Source: Actinomycetota bacterium | GTDB taxonomy: Bacteria > Desulfobacterota > Deferrimicrobia > Deferrimicrobiales > Deferrimicrobiaceae | Assembly (NCBI GenBank): GCA_050258195.1 | Contig: JBLMYI010000052.1 | Location: 1 to 45,150 of the forward strand | Direction of reading: 5' to 3' | DNA length: 45,150 nucleotides | Part shown: in pieces, positions 11,854 through 22,292 of the stretch | How the letters are laid out: each line of letters begins with the position of its first letter | How positions within the stretch are numbered: position 1 is the stretch's first letter | Position numbers and translations under genes: made by a program | The notes under the pieces: generated by a model | Databases searched by the model: none | What the model was told of the DNA's origin: nothing | What the model saw: the letters and a program-made list of their open reading frames with translations, nothing else

Positions 11854-12648
11854 TCACCTCAGTGCCTTTTTGAGGGATCGGACGAACCGGGATAGCTCCG
11901 CGGGCCCCCGGGGGCCGCGGCCGTTCCTTTCGACGATCTTGACGCAGGCGCTCCCGACGACCGCCGCGTCGACATGCCGGGTGGCCGCCGCGGCCATCGC
12001 CGGCGAGGAGATGCCGAATCCGACGGCGACCGGCAACCGCGCCGCCTCCGCGACCTTCCTGGTCCACGACGCCATCTCCGGGGGGAGGGTTTTCCGGACG
12101 CCGGTGACCCCGGTGACGGAGATGAGGTACAGGAACCCGGATCCCTCGCGGTCGACCGCCCGGACCCGCGCCATCCCGCTCGTGGGGGCGGCCAGGGGGA
12201 TCCAGTCGAGCCCGGCCTTCCGGATCGACGGCAGCGCCTCCCCTCTCTCCTCGAACGGCAGGTCGACCACCAGGAATCCGTCGACGCCCTCTCTCCGCGC
12301 ATCTTCGCACAGGGAAGGCCAGCCGTACCGGTGGAACGGGTTGCAATATCCGAAGAGCACGACCGGGGTGGCGTGCGTGGCGCGGAATCTCCGCACCAGG
12401 TCGAGGGCCCCGGCGACATTCATCCCCGCCGAGAGCGCCCGCCGCGAGGCCGCCTCGATCGTGGGGCCGTCCGCCGTTGGATCCGAAAAGGGAACGCCCA
12501 CCTCGATGATGTCGGCTCCGGCGTCCGCGGCGGCCCGGAGGTACCGGAGTGACACCGGAGGCGTCGGGTCCCCAGCGGTCAGGTAGACCACGAGTCCCTT
12601 CTCCCCGGAGGCGCGGAGGCGTCGGAACGCGGCGTCAATCGCCGTCAC
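11854..12648 (-). CDS. trpA: Tryptophan synthase alpha chain
   Basis: Motifs [34 protein letters not shown] start. Confidence 0.96.
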   Translation of the reverse strand: MTAIDAAFRRLRASGEKGLVVYLTAGDPTPPVSLRYLRAAADAGADIIEVGVPFSDPTADGPTIEAASRRALSAGMNVAGALDLVRRFRATHATPVVLFGYCNPFHRYGWPSLCEDARREGVDGFLVVDLPFEERGEALPSIRKAGLDWIPLAAPTSGMARVRAVDREGSGFLYLISVTGVTGVRKTLPPEMASWTRKVAEAARLPVAVGFGISSPAMAAAATRHVDAAVVGSACVKIVERNGRGPRGPAELSRFVRSLKKALR

Positions 12649-13828
12649 GGCCGACCTCCCCCATTTCCATCAGGATCCCCATGTCCTTGTCGCCCCGCCC
12701 CGAGAGATTCACCAGGACCGTCCCTGACGGCCGCATCCTTTTCGCCAGCCGGAACGCGAACGCGACGGCGTGGGACGACTCGAGCGCCGGCTGGATCCCC
12801 TCGTACCGGGAGAGCAGGGTGAACCCCGAGAGCGCCTGCGCGTCCGTGACGGACACGTATTCCGCCCTGCCGGTCTCCTTCAACCACGCGTGCTCCGGGC
12901 CCACCCCGGGGTAGTCCAGTCCCGCGGAGATCGAGTGCGCCTCGAGGATCTGCCCGTCCGCATCCTGCAGCAGGAACGATTTGCTTCCGTGGAGCACGCC
13001 CACCTTCCCCCGGGAGAGCGTGGCCCCGTGTTTCCCGGAGGAAAGCCCCAGGCCCCCTGCCTCCACCCCGTAGAGCCGCACCCGTGGGTATTTCAGGAAG
13101 GCGCTGAAGATCCCCATGGCGTTGCTTCCACCCCCCACGCACGCCACGACGGCGGTCGGCAGCTTCCCTTCCGCCTTCCGGAACTGCGGCAGCGCCTCCC
13201 GTCCGATGACCGACTGGAAGTCCCGCACCATCTCCGGGTACGGGTGCGGCCCGGCCGTGGACCCGATCAGGTAATAGGTGGTGCGGACGTTCGTCACCCA
13301 GTCGCGAAGGGCCGCGTTCATCGCGTCCTTCAGCGTCCGGCTCCCGGAGCTGACCGGGTTGACGCGGGCTCCGAGCAGGCGCATGCGGAAGACGTTGTGG
13401 GACTGCCTCCGGACGTCCTCTTCCCCCATGTAGATCTCGCACGGGATCCCCATCCTGGCGCATACGGTGGCCGTGGCGACGCCATGCTGGCCCGCGCCCG
13501 TCTCGGCGATGATCCGCCGCTTCCCCATCCTTTGCGCAAGGAGCCCCTGTCCAAGCGTATTGTTGATCTTGTGCGACCCGGTGTGGGCGAGGTCCTCCCG
13601 CTTGATGTAGACCCTGGCGCCCCCCGCCTTTTCCGTCAACCGCTTCGCGAAGTACAGCGGGGTCGGCCGCCCGGCGTAGCTCTTCAGGAGGCCGTCGAGC
13701 TCCCGGTGGAAGGACCGGTCGCGCCATGCCGCGCGGTACGCCTTCTCCAGTTCGAACAGGGCGGACATGAGGGTCTCCGCGACGTATCTCCCTCCAAAGG
13801 GGCCGAAGTGGCCCGCAAGGTCCGGCAT
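12635..13828 (-). CDS. trpB: Tryptophan synthase beta chain (TrpB1)
   Basis: Motifs [61 protein letters not shown]. An SD (GGGGAG) precedes ATG 13828. Confidence 0.97.
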   Translation of the reverse strand: MPDLAGHFGPFGGRYVAETLMSALFELEKAYRAAWRDRSFHRELDGLLKSYAGRPTPLYFAKRLTEKAGGARVYIKREDLAHTGSHKINNTLGQGLLAQRMGKRRIIAETGAGQHGVATATVCARMGIPCEIYMGEEDVRRQSHNVFRMRLLGARVNPVSSGSRTLKDAMNAALRDWVTNVRTTYYLIGSTAGPHPYPEMVRDFQSVIGREALPQFRKAEGKLPTAVVACVGGGSNAMGIFSAFLKYPRVRLYGVEAGGLGLSSGKHGATLSRGKVGVLHGSKSFLLQDADGQILEAHSISAGLDYPGVGPEHAWLKETGRAEYVSVTDAQALSGFTLLSRYEGIQPALESSHAVAFAFRLAKRMRPSGTVLVNLSGRGDKDMGILMEMGEVGRDGD

Positions 13829-13838
13829 CCTGCTCCCC

Positions 13839-14501
13839 TTATCCTTCGGCAATGCGAAACCCCGCTTTCGCGCGTTCGATGAACGCTTTGACCTTCGACG
13901 GATCTTTCCTCCCCGGGGACGATTCCACGCCTGAGGCGACGTCAACGCCGTGCGGGCGTGCGGCGGAAATGGCCAAGTCGACGTTTTCCGGCGTGAGACC
14001 GCCCGCCAGAAGCCACGGTTTCCGTGCGCCCCCGGAGCCACGACCGCCAGCGACCCCAGGGAACCGTTCCGCGAGCTCTCCCCACGGCAGCTCCCGGCCG
14101 GTGCCGCCGTAGACGCCCTCGCGGCCCGCGTCGAACAGGAACGCCTCGCACGGGTACGCCAGGAGCGCCGGAAGATCCCGGGGCCGATCCGCATGGATCG
14201 CCTTCATCCGCCAGAGCGGGATGCGGGAGGCGTCCCCGGGGGGTTCGTCGCCGTGGAGCTGAACCCGGCGGATCCCGAGCCGCCCGCAAAGCGCCACGAT
14301 CTTCCCCGGATCCTCGTTCACGAACACCCCGACGACCTCCGCCCGCCCCGCAACCGCCGCCACGATCTCACGGGCCAGCCTTTCCTGGACGAACCGCGGC
14401 GACCCCGGGAAGAAGTTGATCCCGATCGCCTCCGCTCCGCACGCGACGGCGTGCGCCGCGTCCTCCGGCCGTGTCACCCCGCAGATCTTGATGCGGAACA
14501 T
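13839..14501 (-). CDS. trpF: Phosphoribosylanthranilate isomerase
   Basis: Motifs [37 protein letters not shown]. Confidence 0.96.
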   Translation of the reverse strand: MFRIKICGVTRPEDAAHAVACGAEAIGINFFPGSPRFVQERLAREIVAAVAGRAEVVGVFVNEDPGKIVALCGRLGIRRVQLHGDEPPGDASRIPLWRMKAIHADRPRDLPALLAYPCEAFLFDAGREGVYGGTGRELPWGELAERFPGVAGGRGSGGARKPWLLAGGLTPENVDLAISAARPHGVDVASGVESSPGRKDPSKVKAFIERAKAGFRIAEG

Positions 14502-14511
14502 CCCGGAAAAA

Positions 14512-15870
14512 CTAGCCCCCTACCTTGGGGAGGCGGTGAAGCGCCTCGGCGATCTTCTCCTCCGGATAATCGAAATCCTTCAGGCGTCCGTTGAGGTAGT
14601 CGTCGTAGGCGGTCAGGTCGAAGAATCCGTGTCCGCTCAGGTTGAAGAGGATGACGGCCCGTTTCCCTTCCTCGTCCGCGCGCTTCGCCTCGAGGATCGC
14701 CGAGTGGATGGCGTGCGACGACTCCGGCGCCGGCAGGATACCTTCCGTCCGCGCGAAGGTCATCGCGCTCTGGAAGACGGCGATCTGACCGTACGCCTGC
14801 GCCTCGAGCAGCCCCTCGTGGCGAAGCTGGCTGACCAGCGCCGAATCCCCGTGGTAGCGGAGCCCACCCGCGTGGATCCCCTCCGGCACGAAATCGTGCC
14901 CGAGGGTGTACATTTTGATCATCGGGGTGAGCTTCGCCGTGTCCCCGAAATCGTAGGCGTAGATCCCCTTGGTGAGCGTCGGGCAGGAGGACGGCTCGAC
15001 GGCGACGATTCGGGGGTTCTTCTTCCCCGCGATCTTGTCACGAAGAAAGGGGAAGCCGATCCCGGCGAGGTTGCTCCCCCCGCCGCAGCACCCGATGACG
15101 ACGTCGGGATACTCCCCCGCCAGCTTCATCTGCTCCTTCGCCTCGAGACCGATGACCGTCTGGTGGAGACAGACGTGGTTGAGGACGGACCCGAGGGCGT
15201 AGCTCGTGTCTTCGCGCGTCGCGGCATCCTCGACCGCCTCGCTGATCGCGATGCCGAGGGATCCGGGGGAGTCGGGATCGGCGGCAAGGATGGTTCGTCC
15301 CGAGTTGGTGTCGGGGCTGGGGGACGCCACGACTTTGGCCCCCCAGGTCTCCATGAGCATGCGGCGGTACGGCTTCTGGTTGTAGCTGACCTTCACCATG
15401 TACACCTTCACCTCGAGGCCGAAGAACGTCCCGGCGAGGGCCATGGCGGAGCCCCACTGACCTGCCCCCGTCTCGGTGGCGATCCTCTTCCGTCCCGCCA
15501 TCCTGTTGTAATACGCCTGGGGAATGGAGGTGTTCGGCTTGTGGCTCCCCGCGGGGCTCACGCCCTCGTATTTGTAGAAGATCTTCGAGTTCGTCCCCAG
15601 CGCCTCCTCTAGGCGGAGGGCCCGGAACATCGGGGTCGGACGCCATAGCGTGTAGATGTCCCGGATCGCCTCCGGGATCGGGATCTCGCGCTGCGACGAC
15701 ACCTCCTGCTCGATCAGGGCCATGGGGAACAGCGGGGCGAGATCGTCGGGGCTCACCGGCTTGCCGGTGCCCGGGTGAAGCACCGCGGCCGGCGGATTCG
15801 GCATGTCCGCCATCACGTTGTACCAGGTCTTCGGGATCTCGGAGTCCTTGAGGAGAAACTTCACTTTCAT
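14512..15870 (-). CDS. trpB2: TrpB2-type (TrpB-like) PLP-dependent tryptophan synthase beta paralog
   Basis: 452 aa with the long N-terminus IPKTWYNV, GSHKPNT, TETGAGQWG, YALGSVLNHV, HAGGLRYHG and NLSGHG, all typical of the TrpB2 family. Confidence 0.93.
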   Translation of the reverse strand: MKVKFLLKDSEIPKTWYNVMADMPNPPAAVLHPGTGKPVSPDDLAPLFPMALIEQEVSSQREIPIPEAIRDIYTLWRPTPMFRALRLEEALGTNSKIFYKYEGVSPAGSHKPNTSIPQAYYNRMAGRKRIATETGAGQWGSAMALAGTFFGLEVKVYMVKVSYNQKPYRRMLMETWGAKVVASPSPDTNSGRTILAADPDSPGSLGIAISEAVEDAATREDTSYALGSVLNHVCLHQTVIGLEAKEQMKLAGEYPDVVIGCCGGGSNLAGIGFPFLRDKIAGKKNPRIVAVEPSSCPTLTKGIYAYDFGDTAKLTPMIKMYTLGHDFVPEGIHAGGLRYHGDSALVSQLRHEGLLEAQAYGQIAVFQSAMTFARTEGILPAPESSHAIHSAILEAKRADEEGKRAVILFNLSGHGFFDLTAYDDYLNGRLKDFDYPEEKIAEALHRLPKVGG

Positions 15871-15912
15871 CGTTCCGGCTCCTTTGCGGCCAGGTCGATC
15901 CGCTTCATGCGC

Positions 15913-16686
15913 TCATTTTCCCATATACCCGCGGATCGTGTCAGCGGGGTCTTCGCTCCCCGCCAGGGATTCCCCGATCAGGAAGAGGCGGGCCCCTGCC
16001 TTGTGGAACGCCCGAACCTGGTCGGGCGTCGAGATCCCGCTTTCCACAACCGGGAACACCCCCGGAGGGAGAAGGGGGAGCAGCCGGGTCCCGATGGACA
16101 GGTCCACCGTCAAGGTGTCCAGGTCCCGGTTGTTGATCCCGATCAGCCGGGCACCGGATCGTGCGGCGATCGCGACCTCGGCCGCGTCGCGCGCTTCCAC
16201 CAGCGGCTCGAGCCGGTGCGAGAAGGCCCGGGCCGCCATCTCCCCCGTCCTCTCGCCGAGGACGGAAACCATCAGCAGGACGAGATCGGCGCCGTGCGCC
16301 CGGGACTCCGCCAGCATGTAGTCGTCCAGCACGAAATCCTTCCGGAGAAGCCTCGCCTCCGGAAACGCGGTCCGCACGGCCGAGAGGTCCGCGAGGGACC
16401 CCCCGAAACGGCGGCCCTCCGTCAACACGGAGACCGCCCAGGCGCCGCCGGTGAGATAGGTGGCGGCGGCGGCCACGGCATCGAGATCGCGGCGGATCCA
16501 TCCGCGCGACGGGGAGGCGCGTTTGATCTCTGCGATGATGCCCGGACCCTCCGGGATCGTCCCGAGGAGACCCTTCGCGGGCCCGCGCATCGACGCGGCC
16601 CGAAGAAGGTCATCGATCGGGACGAGCTCCTTCCGCGCGGAAAGATCCTCGCGTACGCCCGACAGGATGCGAGCGAGGTGCGTCAG
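15913..16686 (-). CDS. trpC: Indole-3-glycerol phosphate synthase (probable CTG start)
   Basis: Motifs [40 protein letters not shown]. The homologous N-terminal helix LTHLARIL begins at CTG 16686, overlapping the trpGD TGA. Confidence 0.92.
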   Translation of the reverse strand: MTHLARILSGVREDLSARKELVPIDDLLRAASMRGPAKGLLGTIPEGPGIIAEIKRASPSRGWIRRDLDAVAAAATYLTGGAWAVSVLTEGRRFGGSLADLSAVRTAFPEARLLRKDFVLDDYMLAESRAHGADLVLLMVSVLGERTGEMAARAFSHRLEPLVEARDAAEVAIAARSGARLIGINNRDLDTLTVDLSIGTRLLPLLPPGVFPVVESGISTPDQVRAFHKAGARLFLIGESLAGSEDPADTIRGYMGK

Positions 16687-18305
16687 CGCGTTTCCCTCTT
16701 TCCGAGGATGGCGAGGAACGCCTGGAGCCGCTCCATCGCAGCGCCGGAATCGATCGAGCGGGTCGCCGCCCGCACCCCCTCCCTCAGGTCCTCCGCGGCG
16801 CCGCCGGCGACCGCCGCGAAGGCGGCGTTCACGAGTACGGCCTGTCGCGCCGGACCCGGATTGCCCGACAACACCCCGGTGAGGATCTTCGCGTTGGCGG
16901 CGGCATCCCCCCCGCGAAGCGCGCCCAGAGGGACATACTCGAACCCGAACGGCCGCGGGTCGAAGAGGAAACGCTTCACCTTTCCCTCCCTCACCTCCCA
17001 GACGATCGTCGGCGCGGCAAGGGAGACCTCGTCCAGCCCGTCGGTTCCGTGAACCACGAACGCGTGCAGGTGGCCGGATTCCGCAAGGACCCTCGCATAC
17101 GTGTCCCCGAGCTCCTCGCTGAACACGCCGACGACCTGGCGTCGCACGCCGGCGGGGTTGCTGATCGGGCCGAGGATGTTGAAGATCGTCCTGATGGCGA
17201 TCTCCCGCCGCGGGCCGATGGCGTATTTCATCGCGGCGTGAAACCGGGGGGCGAACATGAAGGTGATCCCGGCCTCGTCGAGGGCGCGCTGCACCAGCGG
17301 GGGGTCCGCGTTCAGGTCCATCCCGAGCGCTTCCAGCACGTCCGCGCTGCCGGAACGACTGGTCACGGAGCGGTTCCCGTGTTTCGCCACGGCGATGCCG
17401 GTTCCCGCGGCGACGAACGCTACGGTGGTCGAAATATTGAACGTTCCGGCGCGATCCCCTCCCGTCCCGCACGTGTCGAGGACCTCCTTCCCCGCCGGAG
17501 GGACGATGCGGATCGCCTTCTGGCGCATCACCCCGGCGGCCGCGGCGATCTCGGTGATCGTCTCCCCCTTCATGGAGAGACAGGACAGGAACGAGGCGAC
17601 CTGGGCGGGGGTAGCCTCTCCCCCCATGATCATCCGCATCGCATCCCGCATCCCGTCGGCGGAAAGGTTCTTGCGCCCTGACACGGCGGCGATCGCCTCC
17701 CGGATGTTCCCGAATTCCCGAAGCACCGGCTGGGAGGGGTCGATCAACGAAAGAAAATTCTCGAGGAGCCGCATTCCCGACTGGGTCAGGATGGACTCCG
17801 GGTGGAACTGAACTCCGAAGACCGGTTTTTCGAGGTGGCGCACCCCCATCACCTCGCCGTCCTCGGCCTCGGCGCAAACCTCCAGTTCCGGGGGAAGGGT
17901 TCCGCGCTCCACGGCGAGGGAATGGTACCGCGTGGCGGTCATCGGGTTCTCGACCATCGAGAAGATCCCCTTCCCGTTGTGGCGGACGCGGGAGGTCTTC
18001 CCGTGCATCAACGACTGCGCGTGGACGATCCGTCCCCCGAACGCCTGTCCGATGCACTGATGCCCAAGGCAGACGCCGAGGATGGGGATCCGGTCCTCGA
18101 ACGCCCGGATCGCGTCGAGAGAGATCCCGGCTTCATCCGGCCCGCCCGGCCCCGGCGAGATCACCAGGCCGGTGGGGTTCCGGAGCGCCAGCTCCTTCAC
18201 CGTGATCGCGTCGTTCCGGAAGACCGTCACCTCGGCGCCGAGTTCGGAGATGTATTGCACGAGGTTCCACGTGAACGAATCGTAATTGTCGATGACGGCG
18301 ATCAT
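16683..18305 (-). CDS. trpGD: Fused anthranilate synthase glutamine amidotransferase (TrpG) / anthranilate phosphoribosyltransferase (TrpD)
   Basis: N-half [27 protein letters not shown]-half [22 protein letters not shown]. One continuous ORF with an ATGA overlap with trpE. Confidence 0.95.
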   Translation of the reverse strand: MIAVIDNYDSFTWNLVQYISELGAEVTVFRNDAITVKELALRNPTGLVISPGPGGPDEAGISLDAIRAFEDRIPILGVCLGHQCIGQAFGGRIVHAQSLMHGKTSRVRHNGKGIFSMVENPMTATRYHSLAVERGTLPPELEVCAEAEDGEVMGVRHLEKPVFGVQFHPESILTQSGMRLLENFLSLIDPSQPVLREFGNIREAIAAVSGRKNLSADGMRDAMRMIMGGEATPAQVASFLSCLSMKGETITEIAAAAGVMRQKAIRIVPPAGKEVLDTCGTGGDRAGTFNISTTVAFVAAGTGIAVAKHGNRSVTSRSGSADVLEALGMDLNADPPLVQRALDEAGITFMFAPRFHAAMKYAIGPRREIAIRTIFNILGPISNPAGVRRQVVGVFSEELGDTYARVLAESGHLHAFVVHGTDGLDEVSLAAPTIVWEVREGKVKRFLFDPRPFGFEYVPLGALRGGDAAANAKILTGVLSGNPGPARQAVLVNAAFAAVAGGAAEDLREGVRAATRSIDSGAAMERLQAFLAILGKRETR

Positions 18306-19792
18306 GGCGCCTCCAGCGTTTCCGGCGACACGCCGACCGCGCGGAAGAGGATCTTCGCCTTGCTCAGGATCTCGTCCCACTCCCGCGCGGGATCCGAATC
18401 CGCGACGATCCCGGCCCCGGCCTGGATCCTCGCCTCTCCCCCCGACATCACGATGGTCCGTATGGCGATGCAGAAGTCCATGCTTCCCTGCAGATCGAAA
18501 TACCCCACGGCCCCCGCGTAGATTCCGCGGCGGAACGATTCGAGTTCGGAGATGATCTGCATCGCCCGGACCTTCGGGGCCCCCGAGACCGTCCCCGCGG
18601 GGAACGCGGCCCGGAGCACGTCGAAGGCGGTGAGCCCCCCGCGAAGCTTCCCGACCACGTTCGACACGATGTGCATGACGTGGGAGTACCGCTCGATCCC
18701 CATCAGTTCGTCCGCTTTCACGGATCCCCAGGCGGCGACCCGGCCCACGTCGTTGCGGCCGAGATCCACGAGCATCACATGCTCCGCGAGTTCCTTCGGA
18801 TCCGACAGCAGCTCCCCCTCCAGCCGACGGTCTTCCTCGGGCGTGGCGCCCCGGGGGCGCGTCCCGGCGATCGGACGGAGCTGGATCTCGTCCCCCTCGA
18901 GCCGGACGAGGATCTCCGGAGAGGAACCGACGACCGACAGCTCCCCCATTCTCAGCAGGTACATGTAGGGGGAGGGATTCAGGGCCCGAAGGACGCGGTA
19001 CACCTCCGCGGGGGTCCGACGTGTCCGGACGGTCGCCCTGTTGGAGAGAACCGCCTGGATGATGTCGCCGTTCCGGATGTGCTCCTTGGCGCGGCGCACC
19101 GCGTCGAGGAACGTCTCGCGGGGCATCTCGAACGCGGGGGTCTCGCCGCCGTCGTCCCCGTCCGGGACCTCGGATCCTTCCAGCGGCACGCGGAGGATTT
19201 CCCGAACCTCCTCGATGGATTCGAGCGCACGGTCGTAGACTGCGCCCGGGTCTTCGCCTTCACGAACCGAACCGTGAGAGACGATGAGGATCGTGTGCCG
19301 GACATTGTCGAAGATCACGAGGCGGGAGGGAAAGAGGAACATCGCGTCGGGTTCGTCGGTCAACGGCCTGTCCCCGCCGACCTTTTCCAGGTACCGGACG
19401 TAGTCGTACCCGATGAAGCCGACCGCGCCCCCCGAAAGCCTCGGAAGTCCGGGCGCAGGACAGTACCGAACCTCCTTCAGGATCCCCGCGAGCGCATCGA
19501 GCGGGTCCCCCGCCACGGGGACGTTCCGCGTCTCCGCCCCCCGGCGGACCGTGATCCCCTCGGCGTCGGCCCGAAACCGGAGGTGAGGGTCGAATCCGAT
19601 GAAAGAGTACCGGGCCCATTTCTCTCCGCCTTCGACGCTCTCGAGCAGGAAGTGGTCGGTCCGGAACCGGGCCGATATCTTCAGATACGCGGAGACCGGC
19701 GTCTCGAGGTCGGCATGGAACTCCCGGAAAACGGGAATCAACGCGCCTTTCTCCGCCTGCCGGAGAAACTGTTCCTTGTCTGGGACGATCAC
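18302..19792 (-). CDS. trpE: Anthranilate synthase component I
   Basis: Motifs [54 protein letters not shown]. Confidence 0.96.
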   Translation of the reverse strand: MIVPDKEQFLRQAEKGALIPVFREFHADLETPVSAYLKISARFRTDHFLLESVEGGEKWARYSFIGFDPHLRFRADAEGITVRRGAETRNVPVAGDPLDALAGILKEVRYCPAPGLPRLSGGAVGFIGYDYVRYLEKVGGDRPLTDEPDAMFLFPSRLVIFDNVRHTILIVSHGSVREGEDPGAVYDRALESIEEVREILRVPLEGSEVPDGDDGGETPAFEMPRETFLDAVRRAKEHIRNGDIIQAVLSNRATVRTRRTPAEVYRVLRALNPSPYMYLLRMGELSVVGSSPEILVRLEGDEIQLRPIAGTRPRGATPEEDRRLEGELLSDPKELAEHVMLVDLGRNDVGRVAAWGSVKADELMGIERYSHVMHIVSNVVGKLRGGLTAFDVLRAAFPAGTVSGAPKVRAMQIISELESFRRGIYAGAVGYFDLQGSMDFCIAIRTIVMSGGEARIQAGAGIVADSDPAREWDEILSKAKILFRAVGVSPETLEAP

Positions 19793-19801
19793 GGATTCAC
19801 C

Positions 19802-20491
19802 TCATCCCTTCAGCAGGATAACGTCGATCTTCATCTCCGCCCGGATCGCCTTCATCGCCTTCGTCGCCGCGTCCCGGGATTCGAACGGCCCAACGCGGAC
19901 GCGGTACACCTCCCCATGCTTCCGGGTCGTCGCGTGGATCACCTTCGCCTTGTATCCGTTTCGGCCGAGCCGCTTCCGCAATGCGTCGGCCGATTCGAGG
20001 GTTTTCATCGCCCCCGCCTGCAGCATGAACTTCGCTTCCCCTGAGCGGAGGGGGGCCTTGGCCTTCTCCTTTTTCTTCGTCACCGGTACCGTTTTCTTCA
20101 CCATCGGTTCCGGGGAGGGATCCTTCCGGGAGAGCGATTCCGGGAAGGTGGCCTCGGATTCGGTTTTCCTCAGGTCGTCCCCGGCCGTCGGGGGGCTCAC
20201 CGGCGGGGCGGGCACCGCCGGGATCTTCGACGGCTCCTCCGAATAGGCCGAAATATCCTTTCGGATCTCCGCGGAAGTGGAGACGCGCGCACCGTTCTCC
20301 GCCGCGGGGGACCGGAGAGCCTCTCCTCCCGCAGCCTGCTTCCCCGAGCTCTTCTCGACGTATCTCCCCAGCTGGAAGCCGAGAAAAAAGGCGACCGCGA
20401 TCACGACGAAGGTTCCCACGACGAAGAATGCGAAGGAGTGGCCGTCGGGATCCCCGCGTCGATACCGAAGTTTGTGGCGGAGCGTTCTCAC
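19802..20491 (-). CDS. SPOR-domain cell division protein (FtsN/DedD-like)
   Basis: N-terminal TM helix, Pro/charged linker, C-terminal SPOR domain (FMLQAGA...YRVRVGPF). GTGA overlap with argS. Confidence 0.85.
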   Translation of the reverse strand: MRTLRHKLRYRRGDPDGHSFAFFVVGTFVVIAVAFFLGFQLGRYVEKSSGKQAAGGEALRSPAAENGARVSTSAEIRKDISAYSEEPSKIPAVPAPPVSPPTAGDDLRKTESEATFPESLSRKDPSPEPMVKKTVPVTKKKEKAKAPLRSGEAKFMLQAGAMKTLESADALRKRLGRNGYKAKVIHATTRKHGEVYRVRVGPFESRDAATKAMKAIRAEMKIDVILLKG

Positions 20492-22152
20492 ATCCGTTCC
20501 GGAGCCGTCACGCCGATCATCGAAAGCCCGGACGCGACCACCGTCTTCACGCCAAGGGCGAGCGCGAGCCGGGCCTGGGTCCGCTCGGGGGACTCCCCGA
20601 GAAACCGGTGCTGATGGTAGAAGGCGTGGAAGAGATCGGAAACCTCGAGGAGATAAAAAGGGATGCGGTGGGGCTCAAGGGTCTTCGCGCATTCCGAGAC
20701 GACGTCGGGAAACCGGGCGACCGCCTTCATCAGCCGCACCTCCTCGGGGAAGGTGAGGATGGAAAGGGGCGGGTGTCCGGCGAGGGATTTCCCCTGGGCC
20801 TCCGCCTCGCGGAAAACGGAGCAGATCCGGGCGTGCACGTACTGGACGTAATATACCGGGTTGGTCCGCGACTGGGTCTTCGCCAGAGTCAGGTCGAAAT
20901 CCAGGTGGGTGTGGTAACTCCGCAAAAGGTAGAAAAACCGGGCGGCGTCGACCCCCACCTCGTCGAGGACCTCGCGCAGCGTCGTGAACTCCCCCGACCG
21001 GGTCGACATCTGGACCGCCTTTCCTTCCCGGATCAGGGTCACGAACTGCACCAGAAGCACCTCGAGGCGGTTCTCGTCCTCCCCGAGCCCCCGGAGAGCC
21101 GCGCGCAGCCTCGGCACGTACCCGTGATGGTCGGCCCCCCAGATGTCGATCAGGCGGGAGAATCCTTCCCGCAGCTTGTGCCGATGATACGCGACATCCG
21201 ACGCGAAATAGGTGGATCGCCCGTCCGCGCGGACCAGGACGCGGTCCTTTTCGTCCCCGAGGGCCTGACCCCGGAACCAGGTCGCCCCTTCGGATTCGTA
21301 GATCTGCCCGCGATCCCGCAGGTCCGCGAGGGCGGCGACGACCAGGCCCCGGTCGTGCAGTTCCCGTTCCGCGAACCACCGGTCGTACGTCACCCGGAAC
21401 GAGGCGAGATCGTCCCGGATCCCGCGAAGGATGCGGTCTCCCGCCTCCTTCCTGAAGACGGGGAGAGCCTCCTCCTCCGGGGAATCCGCGTACCGGTCCC
21501 CCACTTCCCCCCGGAAGTCCCGCGCGAGCTCGATCATGTACTCCCCGCGATACCCGTCCTCGGGGAGATCGTCGCTGCGCCCGCACAGGACCCGGTACCT
21601 CGCGAGGAGCGAGCGCCCCAGGTTTTCCATCTGGTTGCCGACGTCGTTGATGTAATACTCGCGGACGACTTTGTGGCCGGTGAACTCGAGGATCCGCGCG
21701 AGCGCGTCTCCGACGGCGGCGCCTCGGCCGTGGCCGACGTGGAGCGGGCCGGTCGGGTTGGCCGACACGAACTCCAGGTGGACGGTCTGTCCCTCCCCGA
21801 CCTTCGAGGCGCCGAACCGCGGCCCCTTCTCCAGGGCGACCGTCAGAACTTCCCTCCAGAACTCCTCGGAGAGGACGATGTTGATGAACCCCGGGCCGGC
21901 GATCGTAAGGGACGCGATGCGGCCGCGCCGGTCCTCCTCGCGGAGCGCCGACACGATATCCTCCGCCACCGCACGCGGTCTCCTCCCGAGACGGCCGGCG
22001 AGCTGCAGCGCCGCGTTGGTGGAGAAATCCCCGTGCGATTCCTGCCGGGGGATTTCGAGGGAGACGGAAACCTCCGTGTCCTCCCCCCACTCCGCGATCT
22101 TTTTCCGCACCGCGGAGAAGACCAGGGATTCGACGATACGACGTGCGTCCAA
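20488..22152 (-). CDS. argS: Arginine--tRNA ligase
   Basis: Motifs HGDFSTN, AGPGFIN, SANPTGPLHVGHGRG (HIGH), WGADHHGY, MSTRSG, YVQYVHAR. TTG start. Confidence 0.97.
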   Translation of the reverse strand: MDARRIVESLVFSAVRKKIAEWGEDTEVSVSLEIPRQESHGDFSTNAALQLAGRLGRRPRAVAEDIVSALREEDRRGRIASLTIAGPGFINIVLSEEFWREVLTVALEKGPRFGASKVGEGQTVHLEFVSANPTGPLHVGHGRGAAVGDALARILEFTGHKVVREYYINDVGNQMENLGRSLLARYRVLCGRSDDLPEDGYRGEYMIELARDFRGEVGDRYADSPEEEALPVFRKEAGDRILRGIRDDLASFRVTYDRWFAERELHDRGLVVAALADLRDRGQIYESEGATWFRGQALGDEKDRVLVRADGRSTYFASDVAYHRHKLREGFSRLIDIWGADHHGYVPRLRAALRGLGEDENRLEVLLVQFVTLIREGKAVQMSTRSGEFTTLREVLDEVGVDAARFFYLLRSYHTHLDFDLTLAKTQSRTNPVYYVQYVHARICSVFREAEAQGKSLAGHPPLSILTFPEEVRLMKAVARFPDVVSECAKTLEPHRIPFYLLEVSDLFHAFYHQHRFLGESPERTQARLALALGVKTVVASGLSMIGVTAPERM

Positions 22153-22188
22153 ACAGCGCCTCGAAGGGAAAATGATTGTAAAGTTTGC

Positions 22189-22218
22189 AGTTTAGCCCCC
22201 CGGGAGGGGGGGTGTCAA
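22189..22218 (-). promoter_or_regulatory. Sigma70-type promoter upstream of argS
   Basis: TTGACA-N18-TAAACT, ending 36 nt upstream of the argS start. Confidence 0.7.
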
Positions 22219-22292
22219 CGCGCGGGGGCCTCCCAACCAATGGGCGCCCGTGACGCCTTCGCTTCTCCACAGGGGCGTCCCACGATCTGGTA

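Noticed and set aside
7574-18057. Long N-terminal extensions in the track for lptD (980 aa), folC (687 aa), trpB (519 aa) and trpC (714 aa), suggesting fusions
   Set aside because: The extensions are off-frame readings of the upstream genes. Stop/start overlaps or an SD define the shorter starts.
22235-22285. Imperfect stem-loop after the GGDEF stop (UGGGaCGCCCcuGUG...CACGGGCGCCCA)
   Set aside because: No U tract, so it is not a clear intrinsic terminator. It is single copy in the window, so it cannot be called a REP.
22153-22292. T-box or other leader upstream of argS
   Set aside because: The promoter lies only about 36 nt from the start, and no T-box motif or terminator is present.
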